Positions 20,795 through 32,587 are shown, numbered from the stretch's first letter. The stretch is 64,000 nt of DNA from Calditrichia bacterium (GCA_963796965.1 CAWCNS010000005.1:832001-896000), one strand, 5' to 3'. Made by a program: numbers and translations. The notes: generated by a model from the letters alone, not told the origin.

Positions 20795-21739
20795 ATGGGA
20801 ATGAAGATAATGATCATTGGGGTAATGATGATAGGTCTACTTTTAAGTTGTGAAAAACCTGCCCCTGAGGCAAAAAAGGAAGAAAATAAATTGCCGACAC
20901 CCGATGAAATTAAAAAAATGAGAGAGGCTGTTCCGCGCAGAGCAACCGTTCAGCCTATCCAGCCAAGAAAACTTCTGGTATTTTCAATCTCGTGGGGTTA
21001 CAAACACAGTGCTATACCCTGGGGGGTAGAGGCCATCAAAATTATGGCCGAGAGATCCGAATTTGCCGAAGTAATTGTGAGCAATGATATTGCCATGTTT
21101 GAAGTAGAAAATCTGGAACAATTTGATGCTGTGGTTTTTAATAATACCAATAATGAAATATTTTTACCTGAAAATTATAAGGATCTTTCATCTAAAGAAC
21201 AAGAGGCAGCTTCAGAGGTAGATAGTAGACTTAGAGAAAATTTTGCAAATTTCTTAAAGTCTGGTAAGGGATTAGCTGTTATTCATGCCGGTTTAGCCAG
21301 TTTCAGGGATTGGCCGGAATTTGGAGAAATTATAGGCGGCCGGTTTGATAATCATCCCTGGAATTCTGGCACAACCATTAGCGTAAAGGTGGACGATCCG
21401 GATCATCCACTTAACAAAGCATTTTCAACCCCCTATTTTAAGGTTACCGATGAAATCTATCAGATAAAAGAGAACTATTCCCGTGACAACCTGCGCGTTT
21501 TACTGAGTATTGATACAGAACGCACAGATATGTCCAAAGAAACAATTCACCGCACAGATGGTGATTTTGCCTTAAGTTGGATTAAAAGTTATGGAAAGGG
21601 ACGTGTCTTTTATTTCGCTTTTGGTCATGACCATCACATATTCTGGGAGCCAGCACTCCTCCAGCATTTGCAGGATGGTTTACAGTTTGTTATTGGAGAT
21701 CTGAAAGGAGACATAACACCCTCATCAATGATCAAATAA
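20795..21739 (+). CDS. ThuA-like domain lipoprotein
   Basis: Lipobox LLSC; GYKHSAI, FDAVVFNNT, FDNHPW, DEIYQ and GRVFYFAFGHD. Confidence 0.82.
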   Translation: MGMKIMIIGVMMIGLLLSCEKPAPEAKKEENKLPTPDEIKKMREAVPRRATVQPIQPRKLLVFSISWGYKHSAIPWGVEAIKIMAERSEFAEVIVSNDIAMFEVENLEQFDAVVFNNTNNEIFLPENYKDLSSKEQEAASEVDSRLRENFANFLKSGKGLAVIHAGLASFRDWPEFGEIIGGRFDNHPWNSGTTISVKVDDPDHPLNKAFSTPYFKVTDEIYQIKENYSRDNLRVLLSIDTERTDMSKETIHRTDGDFALSWIKSYGKGRVFYFAFGHDHHIFWEPALLQHLQDGLQFVIGDLKGDITPSSMIK

Positions 21740-22005
21740 CAATTATCAATGATCAATTATAAACGGACCCTTCCCTTTTGTAAGTTGAATGCACATCCAA
21801 AATATACTTGGACTGCGATGGGCACAGAGGTCACAAAGTTACTAATACATATTTAATTATATAACTTACCGGTTTTTTTAAGGGTATTTAGGTTTATACC
21901 AGCACATTATATAATTCACTGATTACTCTTTTTTCTTTTGTCTTCTTAATCGCCGCAGCGTTACGGCGCTGCAGGAGTCAACAAATTCATTTTAGGAGGA
22001 AAGTC

Positions 22006-23337
22006 ATGCCCCGTATATCCCGTCGAAATTTTATCAAAAAAACAGCCCTTACAGGGGCAGCATTAGCAGTACCCACAATCATTCCATCTACTGTATTCGG
22101 ACGGAATGGCCATATTCCACCAAGCGATCGTGTTACCATTGGCTTGATATCGTGCGGAAATCGCTCCGGCGCCTCTCTCGATTATAGGGACCTTCCTACT
22201 GCACAAGTGCTCGCTGTATGTGATCCGGTAAGAGAACGTCGTTTAAAAAGAAAAATGGAATTTGGAGATTGTGACGATTATAACGATTTTCGTGAACTGC
22301 TCGCTCGTGATGATATCGATGCTGTTCATGTATCCACAGCCGATCATTGGCATGTTCCAATTTCCCTGGCAGCGGCACGTGCCGGCAAAGATATGTATAC
22401 GGAGAAACCACTAGGCATCAGTATTGAAGAAGATCTCGCCGCCCGGCAGATCACAGACAAATATAAACGCGTATTTCAATACGGTACGCAAAACCGATCT
22501 CTTGTACAGGTACGTATGGGAACGGAACTGGTTCTGAACGGTCATATTGGTGACATAAAAGAGGTATATGTTTGGTGTCCTCAGGGTGAGTCAGGCGGTT
22601 CGGCTACACCTGTACTGCCGGTACCCGATGGATTTGATTATGATCTCTGGCTTGGCCCGGCACCGGAAAAGCCCTTTAGTAAAGATCGTTGTCAAAATCA
22701 GACCGGGCGTAATGGTATTTTTCATATTTATGATTATGCCATAGGTTTTATTGCTGGTTGGGGTGCACATCCTCTCGATCAATTACAATGGTGGGCAGAT
22801 CAGGCTGGAATGGGAATTCCAGTTACCTATGAAGGAACGGGAACCATTCCTACTACCGGATTATTTGATACTGTTACCCATTGGGATATGAAATGCACCT
22901 ATAAAAATGGTTTACCACTAAGATTTGTAGATAACCAGACAGCGCGAAAGAATAAAATAGTACCACATATCGATGAAATGCCCGGATTTCATCATGGCAC
23001 TATGTATGTTGGAACTGAGGGATGGGTTACGGTTACCCGATCAGGCTGGAAAGTATCTCCAGAGTCCTTGTATAAAAAAGGGAAAAATCCAGGTAATAAA
23101 CGTTTGATCGAAAGTATGAATCACCGCGAGAACTTTGTAAATGCTGTTTTAGGCAAACAAAAACCGATTAGTGATCTTAATGGTGCGATTTTATCAGATC
23201 TGATGAGTCAATTGTCTGACATATCTATCAGGACGGGAAGAAAAATTGCATGGGATCCTGAAAAGAATTCTATCATTGGTGATGATGAAGCAATCAAGAT
23301 GATGTCTCGGCCAATGCGCTCACCCTGGACACTATAG
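22006..23337 (+). CDS. Tat-exported Gfo/Idh/MocA oxidoreductase
   Basis: SRRNFIK Tat motif; TADHWH, YTEKP, YDLWLGPAP and WGAHPLD. Confidence 0.9.
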   Translation: MPRISRRNFIKKTALTGAALAVPTIIPSTVFGRNGHIPPSDRVTIGLISCGNRSGASLDYRDLPTAQVLAVCDPVRERRLKRKMEFGDCDDYNDFRELLARDDIDAVHVSTADHWHVPISLAAARAGKDMYTEKPLGISIEEDLAARQITDKYKRVFQYGTQNRSLVQVRMGTELVLNGHIGDIKEVYVWCPQGESGGSATPVLPVPDGFDYDLWLGPAPEKPFSKDRCQNQTGRNGIFHIYDYAIGFIAGWGAHPLDQLQWWADQAGMGIPVTYEGTGTIPTTGLFDTVTHWDMKCTYKNGLPLRFVDNQTARKNKIVPHIDEMPGFHHGTMYVGTEGWVTVTRSGWKVSPESLYKKGKNPGNKRLIESMNHRENFVNAVLGKQKPISDLNGAILSDLMSQLSDISIRTGRKIAWDPEKNSIIGDDEAIKMMSRPMRSPWTL

Positions 23338-23452
23338 AATCATTGATATCTTGAAGGTTATTAGCACGCTTTGTTTCCAAATAATGTAAAGAATTATTTC
23401 TCTGCGTCTTTGCGTCTCTGCGTGATTATAGGCCTTTCATTAACCAGGCTCT

Positions 23453-24073
23453 ATGAAGAAATTTGCTAAACTTTCCGCAGAGACTTTTAATTACGCCTTG
23501 AACTGGCTGGCAAAAACGGACCCAGACCTTGGATTGGTTATTAAAACCAATGGTCCTCCTCCAATGTGGTCACGTGATCCCGGATTTGCCACTCTTATTC
23601 ATATCATTCTAGAGCAACAGGTTTCTTTAGCCTCGGCCAAAGCAGCCTTTGATCGACTTAGAAAGGCATTACCACAATTTACAGCAAAGAATTTCCTAAA
23701 AATTGATGATATCACACTAAAAGAAATTGGGTTTAGCCGACAAAAATCAAAATATGGTAGAAACGTTGCCCTTGCTATCCAAAATGGTAACTTAAAATTA
23801 AGTGAACTCTCCAAATATTCCGATGAAATAGTGAAAGAGGAACTCCAAAAAATTAGCGGAATTGGTCCCTGGACAGCAGATATTTACCTTCTTATGGCTT
23901 TAAACAGACCGGACATATGGCCTGTGGGTGATTTGGCATTGGTATCCGCTATACAAAAGGTCAAAAAACTAAATATTCGCCCTTCTTACGATGATTTTCA
24001 AAGGTTGGGTGAGCAATGGAAACCGTGGCGGGCAGTGGCGGCACGGGTTTTATGGCATCATTATTTATCTTGA
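23453..24073 (+). CDS. DNA-3-methyladenine glycosylase II (HhH-GPD, AlkA-like)
   Basis: ILEQQVSLASA, GIGPWTAD, WPVGDL and WKPWRAVAA. Confidence 0.88.
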   Translation: MKKFAKLSAETFNYALNWLAKTDPDLGLVIKTNGPPPMWSRDPGFATLIHIILEQQVSLASAKAAFDRLRKALPQFTAKNFLKIDDITLKEIGFSRQKSKYGRNVALAIQNGNLKLSELSKYSDEIVKEELQKISGIGPWTADIYLLMALNRPDIWPVGDLALVSAIQKVKKLNIRPSYDDFQRLGEQWKPWRAVAARVLWHHYLS

Positions 24074-24229
24074 ATTATTTTGAATTGATAGAATTAATTG
24101 AAATAATAGTCATACTTATTGCTAACACTGCGTTATAGAAGACCTAAGAAGAAAGAATATTTCTTTATGAAACAATCAATACTCAAGGGCTCTTCATTTG
24201 AATAGAATTATATAATAAAAGGAAATATT

Positions 24230-24994
24230 ATGAAAAAAAATAATTATATTATACAAACGATAAAGCATACATTTCTTATAATCTTATTAGCAATTATCAT
24301 GACCAGTTTCAATTATTGTAGTGAAAACTCGAAAATAAAAATCGTAGTTATTACAGGTGGTCACGATTTTGAGCGGGAATCCTTTTTTGATATGTTCAAT
24401 AGCTTTACTGACGTTGAATATGAGGAAGTTAAACATCCGGAGGCCAACAGGATTTATTCATCTTCTATGATGGAATCCGTGGACGTGTTGGTGTTTTATG
24501 ATATGGTACAGGAAATCTCAACACAACAAAAGAAGGACCTGATTTCTCTGTTGAATAAAGGTAAAGGTCTCCTCTTTCTGCATCATTCCCTGGCCTCCTA
24601 TCAGGAATGGGATGAATTTCAAGATATCCTGGGGGGGCGCTATTTTATGAAAAAAGAGGAAAGTGAGACATCCCAAGATCCGGAATCAACCTACAAACAT
24701 GATGTTCAGGTTCCAGTGAATATTGTCGATAAGAGCAATAGCATCACTAATGGTCTGGAAAATTTTGTCATTCAGGATGAAACCTATGACGGTTTTTTGG
24801 TTTTACCAAAAGTTCTCCCTCTTCTAACAACAACAGAAGAGACGAGTGGGGACATTATTGGATGGATAAATCACTATAAAAAATCAATGATTGTGTATTT
24901 ACAGCTCGGGCACGATCATTATGCTTATGAGAATCCGAACTATCGTCGGTTAGTTCAACAATCTATTCAATGGCTGGCCAATCCCAAAGAATAG
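24230..24994 (+). CDS. ThuA-like domain protein (exported)
   Basis: TGGHDF, LVFYDM, LHHSLAS, DETY and YLQLGHD. Confidence 0.8.
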   Translation: MKKNNYIIQTIKHTFLIILLAIIMTSFNYCSENSKIKIVVITGGHDFERESFFDMFNSFTDVEYEEVKHPEANRIYSSSMMESVDVLVFYDMVQEISTQQKKDLISLLNKGKGLLFLHHSLASYQEWDEFQDILGGRYFMKKEESETSQDPESTYKHDVQVPVNIVDKSNSITNGLENFVIQDETYDGFLVLPKVLPLLTTTEETSGDIIGWINHYKKSMIVYLQLGHDHYAYENPNYRRLVQQSIQWLANPKE

Positions 24995-25165
24995 CAAAAA
25001 GATCCAAAGCACTATTGCTCGAATTATTATAAACCCTGAAATATTGATTATCACCTGAATTATTGTTCATGGAGACAACTCAACTGTTTAGAGATGAAGA
25101 AAAAATCTGCAGAAGGGCCTTAAATTAACCATAGTACGAAAACTTAGTCTTTCAGTGAAACCAAA

Positions 25166-25699
25166 ATGGAATTAAAAACAAAAAATTTAATTTTACACCC
25201 GCTCTCTGAAAAAGATGCCGCCTCGCTTTTTGCTTACCGCTCAGATCCCTCTGTTTACAGATTTCACAACTGGAAACCCATGTCAGTAGAAGATGCTGTT
25301 AAATTTATAGAGAATTCCAGTTTTACCGAATCAATGCGAAGGGGCCGTTGGAATCAATTAGGCATTTATCAGAAAGAATCCGGTCAAATGACCGGGGATA
25401 TAGGTATCCATCCGTTTGAGGAGAAGCAAACGGAGATTGGATTTACCATTTCTCCTCAATTCCAACAAAAGGGATTTGGCGTCGAAGCTGTTGAGCGTAT
25501 TCTAAAATACCTTTTTAAGGACAACCACTTCTATCGCATCATCGCCAGAACACACCCTCAAAATATTGGATCAATTAATCTCTTAAAGAGACTAGGATTC
25601 AGACAGGAAGGTCATTTTTCAAAAAGCACTTTTATTGATGGCGTTTGGCAGGATGATCTGTTCTTTGCCATATTAAACCATGAATATGAGAAAAAATAG
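25166..25699 (+). CDS. GNAT acetyltransferase, RimJ/RimL-like
   Basis: EIGFTISP, QQKGFGVEA, NIGSINLLKRLGFRQEG. Confidence 0.85.
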   Translation: MELKTKNLILHPLSEKDAASLFAYRSDPSVYRFHNWKPMSVEDAVKFIENSSFTESMRRGRWNQLGIYQKESGQMTGDIGIHPFEEKQTEIGFTISPQFQQKGFGVEAVERILKYLFKDNHFYRIIARTHPQNIGSINLLKRLGFRQEGHFSKSTFIDGVWQDDLFFAILNHEYEKK

Positions 25700-25760
25700 G
25701 GATCCTCTATTGACCCAGTTTATGACTTTTAAGTTTGAAGTTTGAGACCAGGCCTGAAAG

Positions 25761-27195
25761 ATGAATATAGCCCCAAAAAGTGTTTATTGTTTTCTGATCA
25801 TTAATGCTCTCATATTTCTGGGATGCACTGAGCAGCGAAAACCTAATTTTATATTTATTCTCGTTGATGATCTGGGATGGAAAGACCTCGGTTGTTATGG
25901 TAGTGCGTTTTATGAATCCCCGAATATTGATCGGTTGGCTAACCAGGGAATGAGATTTACAAATGCCTATGCAGCCTCACCCGTTTGTAGCCCCACACGT
26001 GCAAGTATCCAGACAGGAAAACATCCGGTGCGCACCGGCATCACAGATTGGATTCCAGGAAGAAATCCAAAAGATACAAAACTTCTTCAACCTGAGGATG
26101 TTCACCAGTTACCTTTGGAAGAAATAACAATCGCCGAAGTCATGCGCACTAACGGGTATCGTACATTTTTTGCTGGAAAGTGGCATCTTGGCAACACAGG
26201 TTATTTACCAGAGGATCAGGGATTTGAGATTAATAAAGGCGGGCATCACAAGGGGTCTCCTCCCGGTGGTTATTATGCCCCGTACAATAATCCCCGGCTA
26301 ACAGACGGTCCTGAGGGCGAATATTTACCAGATAGATTAACAAATGAATCGATCCAGTTTTTAAAACAATCACACCAGGTACCGTTTTTCCTTTTTTTAT
26401 CCTTTTATAGCGTTCACACACCCATCCAGGCAAGTAAACGCCATGTACACTCATTTCAAAAAAAAGGCCGAAAGTCTTGTTTCAAATTCAGAACAACCAT
26501 TATTTTTAAAGGAGCGTAGTGGTTGGACAAAACAGCGACAGGATGATCCTGCTTATGCCTCAATGGTTTATGCCTTAGATGAAAATGTGGGGAGGCTTAT
26601 TAATGCTGTCGAAGAACTTGATCTTGATAAAAATACAATTATTATATTTATGTCAGACAATGGTGGATTATCCACACTTGGGCGGGAATGGGCCCCGACT
26701 TCCAACCTCCCTCTTCGCGCCGGTAAAGGTTGGTGCTATGAAGGTGGTATCCGCGAGCCAATGATCATCAAAGCTCCTGGCATTGCACAGGCTGGTAGCA
26801 TCTCTAATGAACCTGTTATAAGTCATGATTTTTACCCAACAATCTTACAATTGGCCGGACTACCCTCTAATCCAAAACAACATGTCGATGGGCTAAGTCT
26901 TGTTCCATTATTACAGGGGAACGACCATCTCGAAAGAGATGCCCTCTTTTGGCATTATCCTCATTATCATGGGAGCAAATGGACACCCGGATCAGCAGTC
27001 AGAAGTTCAGAGTGGAAATTAATTGAATTCTTTGAAGAAAATAAGATTGAACTTTATAATTTGAATGAGGATATTGGGGAATCAAATGATTTAGCCCTGG
27101 AATATCCAGCAAAAGCAAAAGAATTAAAAAAGATTCTGGATGATTGGCGAACTGAACTTGGTGCAAAAATACCAATTCCAAATCCAGAACTTTAA
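25761..27195 (+). CDS. Sulfatase (lipoprotein); +1 frameshift in an A-run near 26460
   Basis: [21 protein letters not shown] and GKWHLG; second frame has [13 protein letters not shown] and WHYPHY. Confidence 0.88.
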
Positions 27196-27277
27196 TTAAA
27201 AATTAGGTCAGCAACTTATACAATTATTTTTTTATTATTAATCCTGTAATAGTTAATAAATAAATTATTATTTAAGT

Positions 27278-28190
27278 ATGAAATATACCCGACGAAATTT
27301 TTTATTCGCCCTTCCCTCACTGATGGTCATCGCACCTTCAGCGTTGCATGCTAATTCCATTCCTTTGGATGGAATAGATATTTCTAATAAGGTGAGCGGA
27401 GCAAAAATCAAAATCAGTCTCAATGCATATTCCTTTAACAAACAATTACGTTCGGGATATATAAATCTTGATGAATTACTTGAATATTGTGCTGAATTAA
27501 ATTTTGATGCAGTAGACATTACAGGCTTATTACTTTCCCGGTTATCCCCTCCCACCTTCCGATGAATATCTTTATCACATAAAACGAAAAGCCTTCTTGT
27601 TAGGACTAGATATCAGCGGTACGGGAATAAAAAATGACTTTACTGAACCTGATATCGCGAAGAGGAAGAAAGACATCCTTCTTACAAGACAATGGATTGA
27701 TTCTGCGGCAAAACTTGGTGCACCGGTAATCCGGATCTTCGCCGGGAAACAAACTCCTGATAAATATACATGGGATGAGATTGCGAATTGGATGATTGAT
27801 GATTTCAAAGAATGTGCCGCCTACGGAAAAGAAAAGGGTGTCATGGTTGCTATTCAAAATCATAATGACTTCATTAAAACAGCAGAGCAAACACTGACGA
27901 TTTTAGAGAGGGTGGATTCGGAGTGGTTTGGATTGGTTCTTGATATCGGAAGTCTTAGAACCTCCGATCCCTATGAGGAAATCGCCCGCCTCGCGCCCTA
28001 TGCTGTGAACTGGCAATTAAAAGAATTTGTTTATCGAAATGGTAAGCAGGAAAAAACCGATGTTAAAAAAATTGTCCAAATTTTAAAGGACACCGGTTAT
28101 CGTGGATATATTCCGTTGGAAACACTTGGTCCAGGTGAGCCAAAAGAAAAGGTTCGACATTTTTTAGATGAAGTCAGAAATGCTCTCTAA
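27278..28190 (+). CDS. Tat-exported sugar phosphate isomerase/epimerase (xylose-isomerase-like TIM barrel); +1 frameshift near 27527
   Basis: TRRNFL, SLNAYSF, DITG(+1)YYFPGYP, IRIFAG, QNHND, LDIG and IPLETL. Confidence 0.82.
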
Positions 28191-28273
28191 TACAAAAATT
28201 GTCAATTCCCAATTGATAATTGACAATTAATAAATGGAAAATTAATCAATACTATTTCAAGAGGAGATAAAAC

Positions 28274-29171
28274 ATGCTTCTTAATCAAAAAAATTATTCC
28301 CGACGTGACTTTCTTGTCCGCGGATCACAAGCAGCTGCCGGAATAATGTTACTTAATCAGTTTTCTTCCTGTTCAAAGCCAGGATCGCAAATGCGGCTTG
28401 GTCTTGTAACTTACCTATGGGGCCAAGATTGGGATTTGGAAACATTGATAACAAATTGTGAAACTGCAAAATTACTGGGCGTCGAATTGCGCACAACACA
28501 TGGTCACGGCGTCGAGCGGGAATTAAATGCACAACAGCGGAAAGATATAAAGAAACGATTTGCGGATAGTCCTGTAGAAAATGTGGGTATTGGTTCCAAT
28601 GAAAATTATGACAGTCCTGATCCGGATAAACTTAAAATGTCTATTGAAGCCACTAAAGAGTTTATTAAACTAAGTCATGATGTTGGTGGAAGTGGTGTTA
28701 AGGTCAAACCAAATAGCTTTTCATGATGGCGTTGACCATAACGTTACGATTGAGCAAATCGGGAAATCACTAAATATCGTCGGTCAATATGCGGCAGAAT
28801 TTAATCAACAAATCAGGTTGGAAGTTCATGGCCAATGTTCAAAACTTCCTATTATGAAATCGATTATGGATATCGCCAATCATCCAAATGTAGCGGTGTG
28901 CTGGAATTCTAATGATGTGGATCTCGATGGAGAAGGCCTGGAGTATAATTTTAATTTGGTAAAAGAACGATTTGGCGATACCGCTCATATACGTGAGCTG
29001 AATATAGGGGATTATCCTTACCAGGATTTAATGAATTTATTTGTAAAAATGGATTATAGGGGCTGGGTATTACTCGAGGCCCGCACCGCCCCTGTCGACC
29101 GGGTAGTAGCAATGAAAGAACAACTGGAAATATTTAACACAATGATTAAAAAAGGACAAAGCAATATTTAA
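28274..29171 (+). CDS. Tat-exported sugar phosphate isomerase/epimerase family protein; +1 frameshift near 28720
   Basis: SRRDFL, GVELRTTHGHGVE, GVKVKPN, RLEVHG and WVLLE. Confidence 0.8.
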
Positions 29172-29276
29172 TTGCAGGAATCTGAAGAGACGGTTCGGTG
29201 AAACATCTCTATTTTAATCAAATTACTCACTATTACGATACATGAATATTTGGTATATATTTACAGGGGATTGTGG

Positions 29277-29774
29277 ATGAAAGAAATTGACCCAGTAGAA
29301 ATAATGACACAGCCGATTGATCTGTGGATGAATCAGTGGTTTCTACTGACATCAGGAACACTTGATAACTATAATATGATGACAGTATCATGGGGAAGTA
29401 TCGGTTGTCTTTGGAACAAACCAATCGTCCAGATATTTGTTCGCCCTCAAAGATATACCTATGGATTTATCGAAGAGAATGAATCATTCACGCTCTGCTC
29501 CTTTCCCGATCATTACCGAAAGGCCCTTAACATTCTTGGTTCAATTTCAGGCAGGGATGGGGATAAATTGTCAAAAACAAACTTGACCATCAAACCATCG
29601 ACTAAAATTTCTGCACCCTCCTATGAGGAAGCATCATTAATCCTCGAATGTCGAAAGATTTATAGGCAGAAAATGGATCCAGTGGGTTTTCTGGATGATT
29701 CCATAAAGGATCACTATCCTGTAAATGATTATCATGTAATATATTTTGGTGAAATCCTTGCCGCTTTTCATTAG
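29277..29774 (+). CDS. Flavin reductase-like (DIM6/NTAB) protein
   Basis: NMMTVSWG, VRPQRYT, GSISGRDGDK and YHVIYFGEI. Confidence 0.85.
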   Translation: MKEIDPVEIMTQPIDLWMNQWFLLTSGTLDNYNMMTVSWGSIGCLWNKPIVQIFVRPQRYTYGFIEENESFTLCSFPDHYRKALNILGSISGRDGDKLSKTNLTIKPSTKISAPSYEEASLILECRKIYRQKMDPVGFLDDSIKDHYPVNDYHVIYFGEILAAFH

Positions 29775-30003
29775 GATTAAATTGTTTATTAGCAGCAGAA
29801 TAATCTTAACCCGTGGTTTTGTGATCTCAAAAATTGGATCCGTCATATATTTTTAATAATATAGTGTTATCTATTGATGACATTTTGGTAGCAATGCGAT
29901 TAATCGTGTCGTTACACTAATACCATAGATAATACAGGCTCTCACTAACGGCCAAAGCACGATATAAATCTCTATTTATTCTGTAATAGTTAGGATAAAG
30001 AAA

Positions 30004-31347
30004 ATGAAAACAATAAAAAAGAGTACAACAACCACAACACGCCGTAATTTCATTAGAAATAGTGCGTTAGCAGCATCTTCAGCTCTTATTGCACCCTCAC
30101 TCTGGTCATCAAGATTAGGTGCCAATACCAATGCTATGGATAAGATTAATGTTGGATGTATCGGCGTAGGTCGGATGGGAAGAGGCGATTTAATGGACAT
30201 TCTCCCTTTCGAAGAGATACAAGTTGTTGCTGTGTGTGATATTGACTCCTGGCGGCTCAACAATGCAAAAAAACACGTAGAGAAACATTATGCTACACAT
30301 ATGAAAAGTGGTCAGTATTCCGGTTGTGCAACCTATACTGATTATCGTGATCTCCTTGCACGAAATGATATCGATGCCGTGCTTGTTGTAACCCCGGATC
30401 ACTGGCATGCCCTTCCTTCTATTGATGCTGCTAAGGCTGGTAAAGATATATTTCTACAAAAACCGCTAACGTTAACAATCCCCGAGGGTCGACTTTTGAG
30501 TGATACTGTTCGAGAATACGGTCGAATACTACAGGTGGGGAGTCAACAACGTTCTGACTCAAGATTCCAATTCGCTGTTGAATTGGTGCGAAATGGCTAC
30601 ATTGGAAAACTGGAGACCGTAAAAGTAGCTTTTGGAAAAGATCCCTTTACTGGAATTCGCCCTGTCACGCCTGTCCCTGAAGAACTTGACTATGAAACCT
30701 GGTTGGGCCCAGCCCCATATGTACCTTATATCGAAGAAAGGGTTCATCCTCAGAAAAGTTATGGAAGGCCAGGATGGTTACGTACATCAGATTATTGTTG
30801 TGGGATGATTACAGGCTGGGGCTCCCATCATATGGATATCGCCCACTGGGGTATGGATACAGAATTATCCGGACCTGCCGAATTAGACAGTTGGGCTGAA
30901 TACTCAAAACAAGGTATTTGGGATGTTCATGGTGCTTTCCGTATAAAATATAAGTATGCAAATAATGTCACACTCTATTGTACGGATAGTTCACAAAATA
31001 AGCAGGGTGTTTTATTTAAAGGTACTGATGGATGGGTATATGTCCGCCGGGGTCATATCGAAACCTTTCCAAAATCATTAATGAGTGTGGAAATTGGACC
31101 CAATGAAATAAAAATAGCTGATACCGGTCATCATAAAGGTAATTTTATTAAATGCATCCGTTCCAGGGAAACACCTGTTGCACCGGTAGAAATTGGTCAC
31201 CGTTCAGCCAGCGCCTGTATACTGGGATATATTGGTATGCTTTTGCAGCGTCCCCTTTTCTGGGACCCTGAAAGAGAGCAATTTATCAATGATGAGGCTG
31301 CTAATAGAATGTTAGACAGGGCTTATCGTTCACCTTGGTATTTATAA
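30004..31347 (+). CDS. Tat-exported Gfo/Idh/MocA oxidoreductase
   Basis: TRRNFIR, GCIGVGRMG, TPDHWHA, QKPL, GSQQRS and WGSHHMD. Confidence 0.9.
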   Translation: MKTIKKSTTTTTRRNFIRNSALAASSALIAPSLWSSRLGANTNAMDKINVGCIGVGRMGRGDLMDILPFEEIQVVAVCDIDSWRLNNAKKHVEKHYATHMKSGQYSGCATYTDYRDLLARNDIDAVLVVTPDHWHALPSIDAAKAGKDIFLQKPLTLTIPEGRLLSDTVREYGRILQVGSQQRSDSRFQFAVELVRNGYIGKLETVKVAFGKDPFTGIRPVTPVPEELDYETWLGPAPYVPYIEERVHPQKSYGRPGWLRTSDYCCGMITGWGSHHMDIAHWGMDTELSGPAELDSWAEYSKQGIWDVHGAFRIKYKYANNVTLYCTDSSQNKQGVLFKGTDGWVYVRRGHIETFPKSLMSVEIGPNEIKIADTGHHKGNFIKCIRSRETPVAPVEIGHRSASACILGYIGMLLQRPLFWDPEREQFINDEAANRMLDRAYRSPWYL

Positions 31348-31363
31348 AAAGGAGGGGAGAGAG

Positions 31364-32587
31364 ATGTCCTATTCCAGACGATCTTTTATAAAACATATGT
31401 CACTTGGCTTATCCTCTACCCTTTTCCTCAATAATTATCACCTCCATGCACAATCAGATGATATTTACATAACTGAGATTGATGTATTTCCTGTTGTATA
31501 TCCTATGATGGGACGGTTTAAATTTTTTGAAGATCCGAAAGGTGAAATGCAGGGCCGTGCTGCAGCAATTATAAAAATCACTGCAAGTGATGGCACATAT
31601 GGATGGGGAGAAAGTATTCCGATTCCCAGATGGAGTTATGAAACACTAGAATCTGTCACTACAACGATCCGAAATTATCTCAAGCCAGTATTGATTGGAC
31701 ATAATATTTTTGACCTTTTGGGTGCACATGAAATCATGAATCGCACAATCGCTGCTTCATTCTCTCCCGGTCAGCCAATAGCAAAGGCCGGTATCGATAT
31801 TGCATTGCACGATTTGATAGGTAAAATAAAAAAATTATCTTTATCGCAAATGTGGGGAAGGAAATCTGTTCAGAGAATTAAATTAAGCTGGACTTTGAAT
31901 CCAAAAAACCTGGGTGATGTTGATGAATTAATCGATGAGGGATGGCGAAACGGCTTTCGTAATTTTAATGTAAAGGTAGCACCCAATATTGACTATGATC
32001 TTGAACTCTGCAGGCATGTTAAAGAGAGGGTACCGGATGGTTTTCTTTGGGCAGATGCCAATGGTGGATATCTTGTAAAGGATGCGCTGTCCATTGCCCC
32101 TAAGTTAGCCGATATTGGTGTAGACATTCTGGAGCAACCGCTTCAAGCAAATCAGATTTCGGGTTATCAGGCTTTAAAAAAGCAGGGAGCATTACCTATT
32201 TTGATGGATGAAGGGATTGTATCCCCCACAACATTATTGGAGTTTATAAAATTAGATATGCTTGATGGTGTAGCTATGAAACCTGCCAGATGCGGTGGTT
32301 TAGTATCCGCAAAAGAACAGATTGAAATATTGCGTGACAAAGGTCTGATTTTTTTGGCCAGCGGTTTAACAGATCCGGATATTTCATTCACTGCAACTCT
32401 TACTCTTTATGCAGCCTATGGGTATGAACTACCTGCCGCTCTAAATGGCCCACAATTTATCACGAAAAGTGTCTTAACAGAGCCTTTTATTTCTGAAAAG
32501 GGCTATTTATCCGTACCAACAGGTAATGGTCTTGGTATAGAGGTTGATGAGGATAAGATTAGAGAAATCCAGATCGATATTGGCTAA
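31364..32587 (+). CDS. Tat-exported enolase-superfamily protein (mandelate racemase / muconate lactonizing-like)
   Basis: SRRSFIK, GWGE, AGIDIALHDL, NVK, DANG, LEQP, MDEG and KPARCGG. Confidence 0.82.
   Translation: MSYSRRSFIKHMSLGLSSTLFLNNYHLHAQSDDIYITEIDVFPVVYPMMGRFKFFEDPKGEMQGRAAAIIKITASDGTYGWGESIPIPRWSYETLESVTTTIRNYLKPVLIGHNIFDLLGAHEIMNRTIAASFSPGQPIAKAGIDIALHDLIGKIKKLSLSQMWGRKSVQRIKLSWTLNPKNLGDVDELIDEGWRNGFRNFNVKVAPNIDYDLELCRHVKERVPDGFLWADANGGYLVKDALSIAPKLADIGVDILEQPLQANQISGYQALKKQGALPILMDEGIVSPTTLLEFIKLDMLDGVAMKPARCGGLVSAKEQIEILRDKGLIFLASGLTDPDISFTATLTLYAAYGYELPAALNGPQFITKSVLTEPFISEKGYLSVPTGNGLGIEVDEDKIREIQIDIG

Noticed and set aside
26450..26470. Programmed frameshifting or phase variation at the A-run in the sulfatase
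   Set aside because: It is one of 13 similar indels across unrelated genes; sequencing error is more parsimonious.
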